DNA from: Staphylothermus marinus F1
GTDB lineage: Archaea > Thermoproteota > Thermoprotei_A > Sulfolobales > Desulfurococcaceae
Direction: 5' to 3'
Assembly (NCBI RefSeq): GCF_000015945.1
Contig: NC_009033.1
Location: 240,001 to 272,000 of the forward strand
Length of the DNA stretch: 32,000 nt
Below are positions 8,175 through 16,442 of this stretch, in pieces (position 1 is the stretch's first letter; every line of letters begins with the position of its first letter). The translations under genes were made by a program, and so were the position numbers. Below the pieces are notes generated by a model. That model ran no database searches, was not told the DNA's origin, and worked only from the letters and a program-made list of their open reading frames with translations.

Positions 8175-9146
8175 ATGGATAGACATGAGAAATACATAGT
8201 AGTAGCATTCGGTGGCAACGCATTCCAGACCAAGGGAGAGAAAGGCACTCCTGAAAACTATTGGAAAAACGCTTATCGTAGCGCAGAGTTCCTGGTAAAA
8301 ATAATTAATGAGGGATATAAAGTAGCTATCACACATGGTAATGGTCCTCAGGTCGGCATTATTGCTGAATGGATGTTGGCCGGGAAGAAACTTAAAGGAC
8401 TAGAGGTTATGACACTAGATATTGCTGGAGCTATGAGTCAGGGATGGCTCGGCTACTTAATACAGCAGAGCCTATATAATAAGCTCCAAGAACAAGGATT
8501 GCTTGGTAAAGTAGTTAAAGGAGTAGTAACCATTGTTACACAAACAATAGTAGATAAAAACGACCCAGCTTTCCAGAACCCAACAAAATATATTGGTCCA
8601 TGGTATAATGAAGAGGAAGCTAAACAATTAGCAAAAGAGTTCGGTTGGACCGTTAAACCAGATCCCCGCGGTGGCTGGAGACGAGTTGTTCCATCACCAG
8701 ATCCTAAGGGTCATGTTGAAATAGAAGCTGTTAAAAAACTTCTCGACGAAGGATTCATAGTTATAGCTAGTGGTGGTGGAGGAATACCTGTATATATAAA
8801 TGATAAAGGATTAGTTCACGGCGTTGAAGCCGTTATAGACAAGGACCTAGCAGGCGAAAGATTAGCAACAGCTATAGGTGCCGGGACATTCATGATTCTT
8901 ACAGACGTAGACAAAGTATACTTAAACTATGGCAAACCTGATCAGAAACCAATTGATGTTATGACTGTCAGTGAAGCAAAGAAGTTCTATGAAGAAGGAC
9001 ACTTTAAACCAGGCAGTATGGGACCAAAAGTTCTTGCAGCGATAAGATTTATTGAAAACGGCGGTAAACAAGCAATCATTGGACACTTAACACAAGCATA
9101 TGAAGCATTAAAAGGAAAAGCAGGTACAAGAATAATTCCCGACTAA
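8175..9146 (+). CDS. arcC: carbamate kinase
   Basis: [19 protein letters not shown] and [10 protein letters not shown] signatures. ATG 8175 is preceded by GGGGTGGTG. The track start at 8052 adds 41 implausible AT-rich codons. Confidence 0.9.
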   Translation: MDRHEKYIVVAFGGNAFQTKGEKGTPENYWKNAYRSAEFLVKIINEGYKVAITHGNGPQVGIIAEWMLAGKKLKGLEVMTLDIAGAMSQGWLGYLIQQSLYNKLQEQGLLGKVVKGVVTIVTQTIVDKNDPAFQNPTKYIGPWYNEEEAKQLAKEFGWTVKPDPRGGWRRVVPSPDPKGHVEIEAVKKLLDEGFIVIASGGGGIPVYINDKGLVHGVEAVIDKDLAGERLATAIGAGTFMILTDVDKVYLNYGKPDQKPIDVMTVSEAKKFYEEGHFKPGSMGPKVLAAIRFIENGGKQAIIGHLTQAYEALKGKAGTRIIPD

Positions 9147-9156
9147 TAGCCAGTCA

Positions 9157-9210
9157 TTTTTTCTTCTTACTTTCTCTTACTTCTTTTCTTTCTTCTTATT
9201 TTAAATTTTG
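9157..9210 (+). terminator. T-rich polypyrimidine tract, probable terminator
   Basis: T6 at 9157-9162 followed by about 50 nt of C/T-only sequence. Confidence 0.5.
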
Positions 9211-9341
9211 ATACCTAATTATTGCTCGTTAAAGCTAATCGATGCTGTGAGAACTTCGAATGGTTCATCTCTTTGCTAAGCTTATTTATTTGAATACCAC
9301 GATATATTATTACTAAGAGAACAATATATGGTGCATGGTTC

Positions 9342-10733
9342 TTGGCTGAGAAGGTATCTATTCTTATAAAGAATGGGCTTGTCGTTACAATGGATGATAA
9401 GCGTAGAATCTATAATCCTGGATACGTAGCAGTTGATAATGATAAAATAGTTGACGTTGGTAGAGGAGATGGAGCCGGTAAATACACCGCTGAAGAAGTT
9501 ATTGATGCCCGCGGATCAATTGTTATGCCGGGGTTCCTATGTGCCCATACGCATTTCTATGGAGCACTGCTAAGAGCCAGTCCATGGTTCGCGAAAATTG
9601 AGCCGCCAACTGATTTCATGCAGAATCTACAGAGGATCTGGTGGGCATTAGATGTATTGTTAACACATGAAGATGCATATGCAGCAGCTCTAATAGGATC
9701 AATTGATTTCGTGAAGAGCGGTACAACGATGTTCTTCGACAACATTAGTGCTCCAAACGCTATAGATGGAATACTTGACCATATGGAGAAAGCTGTGAAT
9801 GAGGTAGGATTAAGAGGAATACTATCATTTGAAGCAACACAGCGTAGAAGCATCGAGGAAGGTATAAGGGGTGTTAGAGAGAATGAGAGATTCATTAAGA
9901 AGAACAATAATGATCCAAACAAACTCGTTAAGGGAGCAATATATCTACACGCAAGCTTTACTGTAACAGATGAACTATTCAGAATGGCTCGAGAAATAGC
10001 AAATAAGTATAACGCACTACTCTCTATCCATGTTGAGGAAGGATTGGTGGATGTATACCACAACCTTGAAAGATACGGGATAAGGCCTGTTGAGAGAATG
10101 GAAAAACTAGGATTCCTAGGTCCCGACGTTATACTAGTACACGTAGTCCAAGCTAATGATGACGAATTAGCCATAATTAAGAAAACAGGTGCACACGTAG
10201 CACATAATGCTATGAGCAACATGCTAAACGCTGTAGGCGTTCCCCCAGTACCTAAAATGATGAAGCTAGGAATAAATGTTGGAATAGGAAATGATGGATA
10301 CATTTTTGACGTATTTGAAAATATGCGGGCAACATACCTAATACATAAAGTATGGAACCTAGATCCGAGATTAATGACTCCTCAAGAAGTAGTAGAGATG
10401 GCAACTATTAACGTTGCAAAAATGTTTGGTGTAGATAAAGAGCTTGGAAGCATTGAGAAAGGCAAGAAAGCAGACATTATTGTAATCAAGCCAGAATTCA
10501 CACCAACACCCATTAATGAACAAACAGTATATGGGCACTTAGTAAATACGTTTAATGGCAGAGATGTTAGAACAGTAATTATTAATGGTAAAATAATTAT
10601 GAGAGATAGGAAACTATTAACAATAGATGAAGCAAAAGCAGTTGAATACGTACATAAAACTGTTGAGAAATTATGGGATAGACTATTAAGTGAGGGAGAA
10701 TATCAATTAGATGTTCTTGAACTATCTAAATAA
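9342..10733 (+). CDS. metal-dependent amidohydrolase of the SsnA / chlorohydrolase / aminohydrolase group
   Basis: PGFLCAHTHFYG (HxH), HVEE, HNAMSN and GNDGY motifs typical of this amidohydrolase subgroup. TTG start at 9342 with GGTG 9 nt upstream. The next ATG would remove the conserved N-terminal beta strands. Confidence 0.8.
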   Translation: MAEKVSILIKNGLVVTMDDKRRIYNPGYVAVDNDKIVDVGRGDGAGKYTAEEVIDARGSIVMPGFLCAHTHFYGALLRASPWFAKIEPPTDFMQNLQRIWWALDVLLTHEDAYAAALIGSIDFVKSGTTMFFDNISAPNAIDGILDHMEKAVNEVGLRGILSFEATQRRSIEEGIRGVRENERFIKKNNNDPNKLVKGAIYLHASFTVTDELFRMAREIANKYNALLSIHVEEGLVDVYHNLERYGIRPVERMEKLGFLGPDVILVHVVQANDDELAIIKKTGAHVAHNAMSNMLNAVGVPPVPKMMKLGINVGIGNDGYIFDVFENMRATYLIHKVWNLDPRLMTPQEVVEMATINVAKMFGVDKELGSIEKGKKADIIVIKPEFTPTPINEQTVYGHLVNTFNGRDVRTVIINGKIIMRDRKLLTIDEAKAVEYVHKTVEKLWDRLLSEGEYQLDVLELSK

Positions 10734-10740
10734 TAATAAT

Positions 10741-10780
10741 TGTTTTTTAATATTCTTATTCTCTATTATTTCTCCTAAGC
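10741..10780 (+). terminator. T-rich tract, probable terminator
   Basis: T6 at 10743-10748, then C/T-rich sequence just after the stop codon. Confidence 0.45.
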
Positions 10781-10907
10781 TAAATATACTATATGATTAA
10801 TATAATTGAAAAGCTATGCAGATTCATGTATTCTTCTATGTATTATACGAATTTGAATATCACCGATTAATACTCTACAAGATTATTATATGTTTAAAAA
10901 ACTATAC

Positions 10908-10976
10908 AGAGTGTTATGTTCCAATATAAAAATTTTATATTGTCATAAGTAAAAGTTAAATAACCCATAACACTCT
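10908..10976. repeat. 11-bp perfect inverted repeat bracketing the cren7 promoter region
   Basis: AGAGTGTTATG (10908-10918) and CATAACACTCT (10966-10976). The 47-nt spacer contains the near-palindrome AATATAAAAATTTTATATT and TATA-like AAAAGTTAAATAA. Confidence 0.6.
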
Positions 10977-10995
10977 ATAAAAATATTGGGTGATA

Positions 10996-11187
10996 ATGAT
11001 GGCGGCCTGCAAGGATGCAGTCAAAGTCAAAACACTTAGTGGTAAAGAAGTAGAGCTTGTTCCTAAAAAGGTATGGCAGTTAAGCCCTAAGGGAAGGAAG
11101 GGAGTTAAAGTAGGATTATTCCAGGACCCAGAAACAGGTAAATACTTCAGAGCAAAAGTTCCCGACGACTACCCGATATGTGGTTAA
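10996..11187 (+). CDS. creN7: chromatin protein Cren7
   Basis: [53 protein letters not shown] is near-colinear with Sulfolobus Cren7 as I remember it. ATG 10996 (or 10999) lies just after GGGTGAT. Confidence 0.9.
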   Translation: MMAACKDAVKVKTLSGKEVELVPKKVWQLSPKGRKGVKVGLFQDPETGKYFRAKVPDDYPICG

Positions 11188-11314
11188 GAAAAAATTTAAA
11201 CAAGAATATTATTTTTATAACCCTTTACAACAACTCTTTCTATTTATCGACATAATTCATTTGTTATGCATTTAATAGTAGTATTGTGATTATTTAGAAT
11301 AACATAGTTTTATA

Positions 11315-11372
11315 ATAGTCAGTAACAGGGGTATTCTTCACCCATCTTTTGTCCTGGCCTTCATCATCCCTA
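11315..11372 (-). ncRNA. C/D box sRNA (2'-O-methylation guide)
   Basis: Read on the minus strand: box C AUGAUGA (11367-11361), a 12-nt guide, D' AAGA (11348-11345), UGG, C' GUGAAGA (11341-11335), a 12-nt guide, box D CUGA (11322-11319). About 48% G+C in an AT-rich spacer. TATA-like AATTAAATAA lies about 25-30 nt upstream. Confidence 0.7.
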
Positions 11373-11532
11373 TAATTAATTCTTTGTATTCTACTTATTT
11401 AATTGTTTAAAAAGATCCGGAATTTTTAGTTTGCTATAGTGAGTATTTTGATTTAGTTGCCTTAATTGTTGTTTCCATAACATATTTTATTTATAGGTGT
11501 AAATATTTTCCTAGAGATAATTCTAGGTGAGA

Positions 11533-12759
11533 ATGGTAGTGGTTAGTTTAGAAGTAGAGATTGCTGGTCTTAAAATGAAGAATCCATTGATGAATGCTGC
11601 TTGTCCAGTATCTAGAGATGCTGAAATGATGAAGGCATTGATAGATAATGGTGTTGGTGCTGTTGTAGCCAAGACGATTAGTGTTAGACCAGCAATTGTT
11701 CCAAGACCTAGTATGGGTGCTGTTGACCGTGGCATTGTCAGGTCGCAGATTCTAAAAACTTTTGGGCCAGGAAATGTACGGATCGTGAATGCTGATAGTG
11801 GAAACTATAGGTTTATATATGCTTTATTAAACGCTGAATTATGGAGTGATATACCGGCAGAACATTATTTTGAAAGAGAATATCCTATTGTTAAAAAATA
11901 TGCTGAAGAAAAAGGTGTTCCATTCATTATAAGTATCGGTTATAAGCCCGAAGAACTTCAATTGCTGGGTCCAAAATGTCAGAAGGCAGGTGCTAATGCT
12001 ATAGAGTTCTCAACACATTATATAGGGAAAGATTATAGACCAGTGGTTGAAGCAGCTAAAGCGTTACGAGAAGTTGTTGATATACCGATATTCGCCAAGC
12101 TGAGTCCCTTCACACCAAATATTCCAGAACTTGTTAAAGAACTTGAAAAAGTAGGTGTTGACGGAATAGTTGCAACAAACACTATTGGCCCAGCTCTACA
12201 CATAGACATAGAGACAGGGCTACCCATTGTTGGTGGACCGAATGGTTATGGATGGATGAGCGGGCCAGCATTAAAACCATTAGCTTTAGCAGTTGTAGCG
12301 GAAGCAGCTAAAAACACCCATCTACCAGTTATTGGTGTTGGCGGTATTTCCAAGGGTACTGATGTTATAGAATACTTTATGGCTGGAGCATCAGCTGTCC
12401 AAATATGTACAGCCGCACTCATTGAGGGACTAGGCGTATTTAGGAGGATAGAGAAAGAAATAGAATCATGGCTTAAGAGACATGGATATGATAGCATATT
12501 AGATGTTAAAGGTAAAGCTCTAAAATACTTAAAGCCTGAGCCGCGCCGTGTATGGGCAAAACCTCCCGTTGTCGATCCAAAGAAATGTATAGGATGTGGA
12601 TTCTGTGAACAAGTTTGTGACTATAACGCCGTAAAAGTAGTACCCAATGAAGAAGGGAAACGGATTGCACAAGTAAACTATGATCTATGCTATGGATGTG
12701 GTTTATGTACAAGTGTTTGTCCAACAAGAGCTATTCATTTCGAAGAAGAACTAGACTAA
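11533..12759 (+). CDS. PreA-type dihydroorotate/dihydropyrimidine dehydrogenase-like flavoprotein with C-terminal 2x[4Fe-4S] ferredoxin domain
   Basis: DHOD-like TIM-barrel motifs (NAACPVS, GVGGIS.G.DV..Y...GASAVQICTA) plus CIGCGFCEQVC and CYGCGLCTSVCP. ATG 11533 follows AGGTGAG. At about 408 aa it matches E. coli PreA in length. Confidence 0.8.
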   Translation: MVVVSLEVEIAGLKMKNPLMNAACPVSRDAEMMKALIDNGVGAVVAKTISVRPAIVPRPSMGAVDRGIVRSQILKTFGPGNVRIVNADSGNYRFIYALLNAELWSDIPAEHYFEREYPIVKKYAEEKGVPFIISIGYKPEELQLLGPKCQKAGANAIEFSTHYIGKDYRPVVEAAKALREVVDIPIFAKLSPFTPNIPELVKELEKVGVDGIVATNTIGPALHIDIETGLPIVGGPNGYGWMSGPALKPLALAVVAEAAKNTHLPVIGVGGISKGTDVIEYFMAGASAVQICTAALIEGLGVFRRIEKEIESWLKRHGYDSILDVKGKALKYLKPEPRRVWAKPPVVDPKKCIGCGFCEQVCDYNAVKVVPNEEGKRIAQVNYDLCYGCGLCTSVCPTRAIHFEEELD

Positions 12760-12767
12760 AACAGACA

Positions 12768-12810
12768 TTTATTTTTTTATCTTCTTTCTCACTATTCCTT
12801 ATATTCTATC
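12768..12810 (+). terminator. T-rich polypyrimidine tract, probable terminator
   Basis: T3 then T7 (12772-12778), followed by C/T-rich sequence after the stop codon. Confidence 0.5.
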
Positions 12811-12911
12811 GCTTTTAATCATCCGAATCCTGAATTGAGTTCTATACATTAGTTTCGGTCTACCCCCAGCCAATTATATATTCTGTTTCATATTAGCGGT
12901 GCAATAAAACC

Positions 12912-13466
12912 ATGGTTAAACTGGGAATTAAGGAATTAGACAATATAATCTCTCCATACAAGATAGTGGAGTTGGAAGCAGATTGGAGCAATCATATATT
13001 AGAATTAGCAGATATAATATTTAGACTAGCTAGGCAGGGACAAGTACATATACTTTTTGTTAATAGTTCCAAATATATAGATATCGATAAATTCTACTTA
13101 GACCTTGAACCCTTCATTGAGGATATAGGCGATATAAAAATTTATTGGGCTAAGAACATTGAAACATTAGCTTATCATTTACTGTTAACACCGAAAACGA
13201 AGAAGGGATCCATAATAGTTATTCTACCGTATAGAAGAGATCTTGTCTCACAAATCGAGAACACGTATACGCCAAGACTTAAACATTCGTTACAAATAGC
13301 AGCAGACAAAGGGTGGAGCATTATTATCGTTAACCCACTTATGTCAGAAGGTGTTATCAATAATTATTTAGGAGAAATCTCGTTGAGAATACGTTTTGGT
13401 GAGAGAATAAACTATGTTGAGATCCTTAATAGAGCAATAATGGAGAAACCTATGAAGATTTTTTAA
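12912..13466 (+). CDS. hypothetical protein (possibly a P-loop-less RecA/KaiC-like fold; weak)
   Basis: ATG with GGTG 11 nt upstream. The N-terminal GIKELDNII recalls the GIPGLDELL lead-in of KaiC/RadA-like ATPases, but ELEADWSNH sits where Walker A would be. Confidence 0.5.
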   Translation: MVKLGIKELDNIISPYKIVELEADWSNHILELADIIFRLARQGQVHILFVNSSKYIDIDKFYLDLEPFIEDIGDIKIYWAKNIETLAYHLLLTPKTKKGSIIVILPYRRDLVSQIENTYTPRLKHSLQIAADKGWSIIIVNPLMSEGVINNYLGEISLRIRFGERINYVEILNRAIMEKPMKIF

Positions 13467-13584
13467 ATATCTATTATAAAAAATTATTTATTGCATAAAA
13501 TATTTTTGTTATTGATTCAAACAAACATTTCTAAACATCTATATATAGTCTATTGTAAATATATATGTTTTATGGGTGATAACT

Positions 13585-14820
13585 ATGACCAACATGAAGA
13601 TTCCAAGAATACCTACACTTAGAGAAATAAATATACGTGAAAAGAGAGTATTTATGAGAATAGATATTAATGTACCAATTGATCCTGATAAAGGAGAAAT
13701 TCTTGATGATCGAAGAATAAGAGTGCACTCACAAACAATTAAAGAAGTAGTTGAAAAATATAGGCCAGCACTAGTTTTGGGCTCTCATCAAGGAAGACCG
13801 GGAGAACCAGATTTTATAACATTAGAAAAACATGCAGAATTATTATCTAAGTATACAGGGTATAATGTAAAATTTGTAGATGATGTTATAGGGCCTACTG
13901 CTAGAAAAGCTATACAGGAGCTTAAACCAGGAGAAATACTATTACTGGATAATTTAAGGCTTGTATCAGAGGAGATAATTGAGGCTACACCGGAAAAACA
14001 AAGCTATACTATATTTGTTAGAAGACTAGCTCCATTATTTGATGCATATGTTAATGACGCATTTGCAACAGCACATAGAAGCCAACCAAGCATAGTGGGT
14101 TTCCCACTAGTATTACCAAGCGCAGCAGGACCATTATTCGAAAAAGAAATAATGGCTTTGAGACGAGTTGTTGAAAGCTTTGAATCACCTAGAATATTTG
14201 TTCTTGGAGGAACAAAGGTCCGAGACCTGCTCAGAGTAATTGAGAACCTTGTAAGAAATAAAATGGCTGATAGAATATTAACGACAGGATTACTAGCTCA
14301 ATTATTCCTAGTAGCCAAAGGAATAGGGCTTGGCAAAGAAAACATGAGATACTTAGAAGAAAAAGGAATACTCCCATTAATCCCTAGAGCCAGATACATA
14401 TTATTAATGGGCGCACCCATTGAGACCCCAATAGATTTCAAAGTATTAATAGATGGAGAGACTAGAAACGTCGGCATAGGAGAAATAAATGGTAAAATAA
14501 TGGATATAGGAGAGCAAACAATTAGGATATATAGCGAGTTCATCAAAGACGCTAAAATAGTTGTAATGAGGGGTCCGGCGGGAGTTATTGAAGATGAGAG
14601 ATTCAGAGATGGAACAGTTAAGTTACTAGAAGCAGCATATAATAGTAAGGCCTTCGTATTAATAGGTGGTGGACATCTATCATCAATGATCGATGAATCC
14701 AAGTTAAATGAACACATACATGTATCAACAGGAGGAAATGCGTTGTTATTATTCTTATCGGGAGAGACTCTGCCAGCACTTAAAGCATTAGAATTATCGG
14801 CTAAAATGTTTTTAAGCTAA
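13585..14820 (+). CDS. pgk: phosphoglycerate kinase
   Basis: RIDINVP, SHQGRPG, NDAFATAHR and STGGNA motifs. ATG 13585 follows GGGTGAT. Confidence 0.92.
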   Translation: MTNMKIPRIPTLREINIREKRVFMRIDINVPIDPDKGEILDDRRIRVHSQTIKEVVEKYRPALVLGSHQGRPGEPDFITLEKHAELLSKYTGYNVKFVDDVIGPTARKAIQELKPGEILLLDNLRLVSEEIIEATPEKQSYTIFVRRLAPLFDAYVNDAFATAHRSQPSIVGFPLVLPSAAGPLFEKEIMALRRVVESFESPRIFVLGGTKVRDLLRVIENLVRNKMADRILTTGLLAQLFLVAKGIGLGKENMRYLEEKGILPLIPRARYILLMGAPIETPIDFKVLIDGETRNVGIGEINGKIMDIGEQTIRIYSEFIKDAKIVVMRGPAGVIEDERFRDGTVKLLEAAYNSKAFVLIGGGHLSSMIDESKLNEHIHVSTGGNALLLFLSGETLPALKALELSAKMFLS

Positions 14821-14850
14821 CATTATCAATTGCAATATTGTCTTCTCTCG

Positions 14851-14873
14851 AATTGTTTTCATGAAAACAAATT
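14851..14873. promoter_or_regulatory. near-perfect palindrome in the pgk-gap intercistronic spacer
   Basis: In AATTGTTTTCATGAAAACAAATT the two halves are reverse complements apart from one extra T. The downstream TTGTTT (14872-14877) offers an alternative partner for AAAACAA. Confidence 0.5.
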
Positions 14874-14890
14874 GTTTAGAGGTGATAATT

Positions 14891-15937
14891 TTGTCTAAAA
14901 TACGAGTTGGCGTAAATGGTTATGGAACTATTGGGAAAAGAATAGCTGATGCAGTAGCTAAGATGCCTGATATGGAACTAGTAGGTATTGTTAAGGTGAC
15001 ACCAGACTATGGATACTTGGTAGCGGAGCAAAAAGGTATACCTGTCTATACAATAAAGGATCGTATAGATAAATTTAAGGATAAAGGTTTCAAAGTTGAG
15101 GGAACAATAGAGGATCTATTGGAGCAAATAGAAATAATTGTTGATGCAACACCGGGAGGATATGGTTTTTATTATAAAGAGAAATACTATGAAAAACTAA
15201 TTAATAAAGGAAAACTAAAAGCAATTTATCAAGGCGGGGAAAAATCCGAAGTAGCAGATATAAGTTTTAACGCGTATTGCAACGCCGAAGAAGCTCTAAA
15301 AGCAAACAGTATAAGAATAGTAAGCTGTAACACTACAGGCTTGCTCAGAGTTATATGTGTACTTAACAATGCTTTCGGAGTTGAAAAAGTAAGAGCAACA
15401 ATTATACGGAGAGCAGCTGATCCCAAGGAAGATAAGAGAGGGCCGGTTAACTCGGTAAAACTTAACCCACCAAAAATACCGAGTCATCATGCATTGGATG
15501 TAAAAACAGTAATGCCAAACATTGACATAGAGACAGCCGCAGTTATTGTTCCGACGACTCTAATGCATGTTCATTCAGTATACATGGTATTAAAGACAAA
15601 GGTTAGGGTAGATGAAATAATTGATGAATTATCCAATTATAATAGAATATTGGTTATTGATGCTGAAAAAACAGGAATTGATTCGACTGCAAAGATCGTT
15701 GAGGCAGCAAGAGATCTGCTGAGGTCTAGATACGATATTCCCGAACTGATCATATGGAAGGATAGTATATATACTAGAGAAAATGAGTTGTGGTTTCTAC
15801 AAGCAGTCCATCAAGAATCAATTGTTGTCCCAGAAAACATAGATGCTATTAGAGGTTTGGCAAGAACTGATGGTTATCCAGATAAAAGTATTAAGTTGAC
15901 TGATTCTGTTCTAGGAATAGGAAAGTTTTTAGGATAA
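14891..15937 (+). CDS. gap: archaeal type II glyceraldehyde-3-phosphate dehydrogenase (phosphorylating)
   Basis: KIRVGVNGYGTIGKR, VSCNTTGL, IPSHH and QAVHQES motifs. TTG 14891 lies in frame 4 nt after GGTGAT and gives the usual M-x-K-I-x-V-G-x-NGYG N-terminus. The track ATG at 14861 sits in the centre of the palindrome. Confidence 0.9.
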   Translation: MSKIRVGVNGYGTIGKRIADAVAKMPDMELVGIVKVTPDYGYLVAEQKGIPVYTIKDRIDKFKDKGFKVEGTIEDLLEQIEIIVDATPGGYGFYYKEKYYEKLINKGKLKAIYQGGEKSEVADISFNAYCNAEEALKANSIRIVSCNTTGLLRVICVLNNAFGVEKVRATIIRRAADPKEDKRGPVNSVKLNPPKIPSHHALDVKTVMPNIDIETAAVIVPTTLMHVHSVYMVLKTKVRVDEIIDELSNYNRILVIDAEKTGIDSTAKIVEAARDLLRSRYDIPELIIWKDSIYTRENELWFLQAVHQESIVVPENIDAIRGLARTDGYPDKSIKLTDSVLGIGKFLG

Positions 15938-15989
15938 TATAAAACCTGATAAAGCCTTTTACGTAATATAATATAATTGGGTGGTTTAT

Positions 15990-16415
15990 ATGGCTTACAA
16001 AGAAGCACCAACATATGAGATAAGCTTTATGTTTAGAAGAATACTTGTCCCAATAGATGGTAGTGAAAATAGTCTAAAAGCATTAGATCTCGCAGCTGAT
16101 CTTGCAAAACATTACGGCTCACATGTAACAGTTATATTTGCGAAGCCTAAAGGATATAATGCAGATTTTAAACCGTTAGAAAAAGCTAGGAAAAGAATTG
16201 AGAATAAAGGTATTGACGCTGAATTCAAAGAATTAGAGTTCGACCCAGCAGAAAATAGTACAGCGGGAAAAATCTTAGAGGAAATAGTAAATGGAAACTA
16301 TGACTTAGTAGTGATGGGGGCGCGTGGAAGAACATTATCAAGCGAAATAACTATTGGAAGCAAAGCATTAAGTATTGCAAGCAACTCACCGGTTACAGTA
16401 ATTATTGTTAGGTAA
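15990..16415 (+). CDS. universal stress protein (UspA family)
   Basis: ILVPIDGSENSLKAL, DLVVMGARGR and GSKALSIASNSPVTVIIV motifs. ATG 15990 lies 5 nt after GGGTGG; ATG 16029 is an alternative start. Confidence 0.8.
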   Translation: MAYKEAPTYEISFMFRRILVPIDGSENSLKALDLAADLAKHYGSHVTVIFAKPKGYNADFKPLEKARKRIENKGIDAEFKELEFDPAENSTAGKILEEIVNGNYDLVVMGARGRTLSSEITIGSKALSIASNSPVTVIIVR

Positions 16416-16442
16416 AAAATAATTTAATATAATGTTTCATTC

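Noticed and set aside
534-9146. Carbamoyltransferase plus carbamate kinase interpreted as an arginine deiminase (ADI) pathway
   Set aside because: No arginine deiminase or arginine/ornithine antiporter is present in the window. The transcarbamoylase also lacks the ornithine-binding SMG loop and instead follows the YgeW pattern.
9557-10303. Long antisense ORFs inside well-supported genes (9557-10303, 14298-14717, 23931-24341, 28596-29081, 12246-12497, 18736-19104 and others)
   Set aside because: They are shadow frames opposite genes with clear family motifs. Their translations are Ser/Ile/Leu/Pro-rich with no motifs, and no independent start signals are present.
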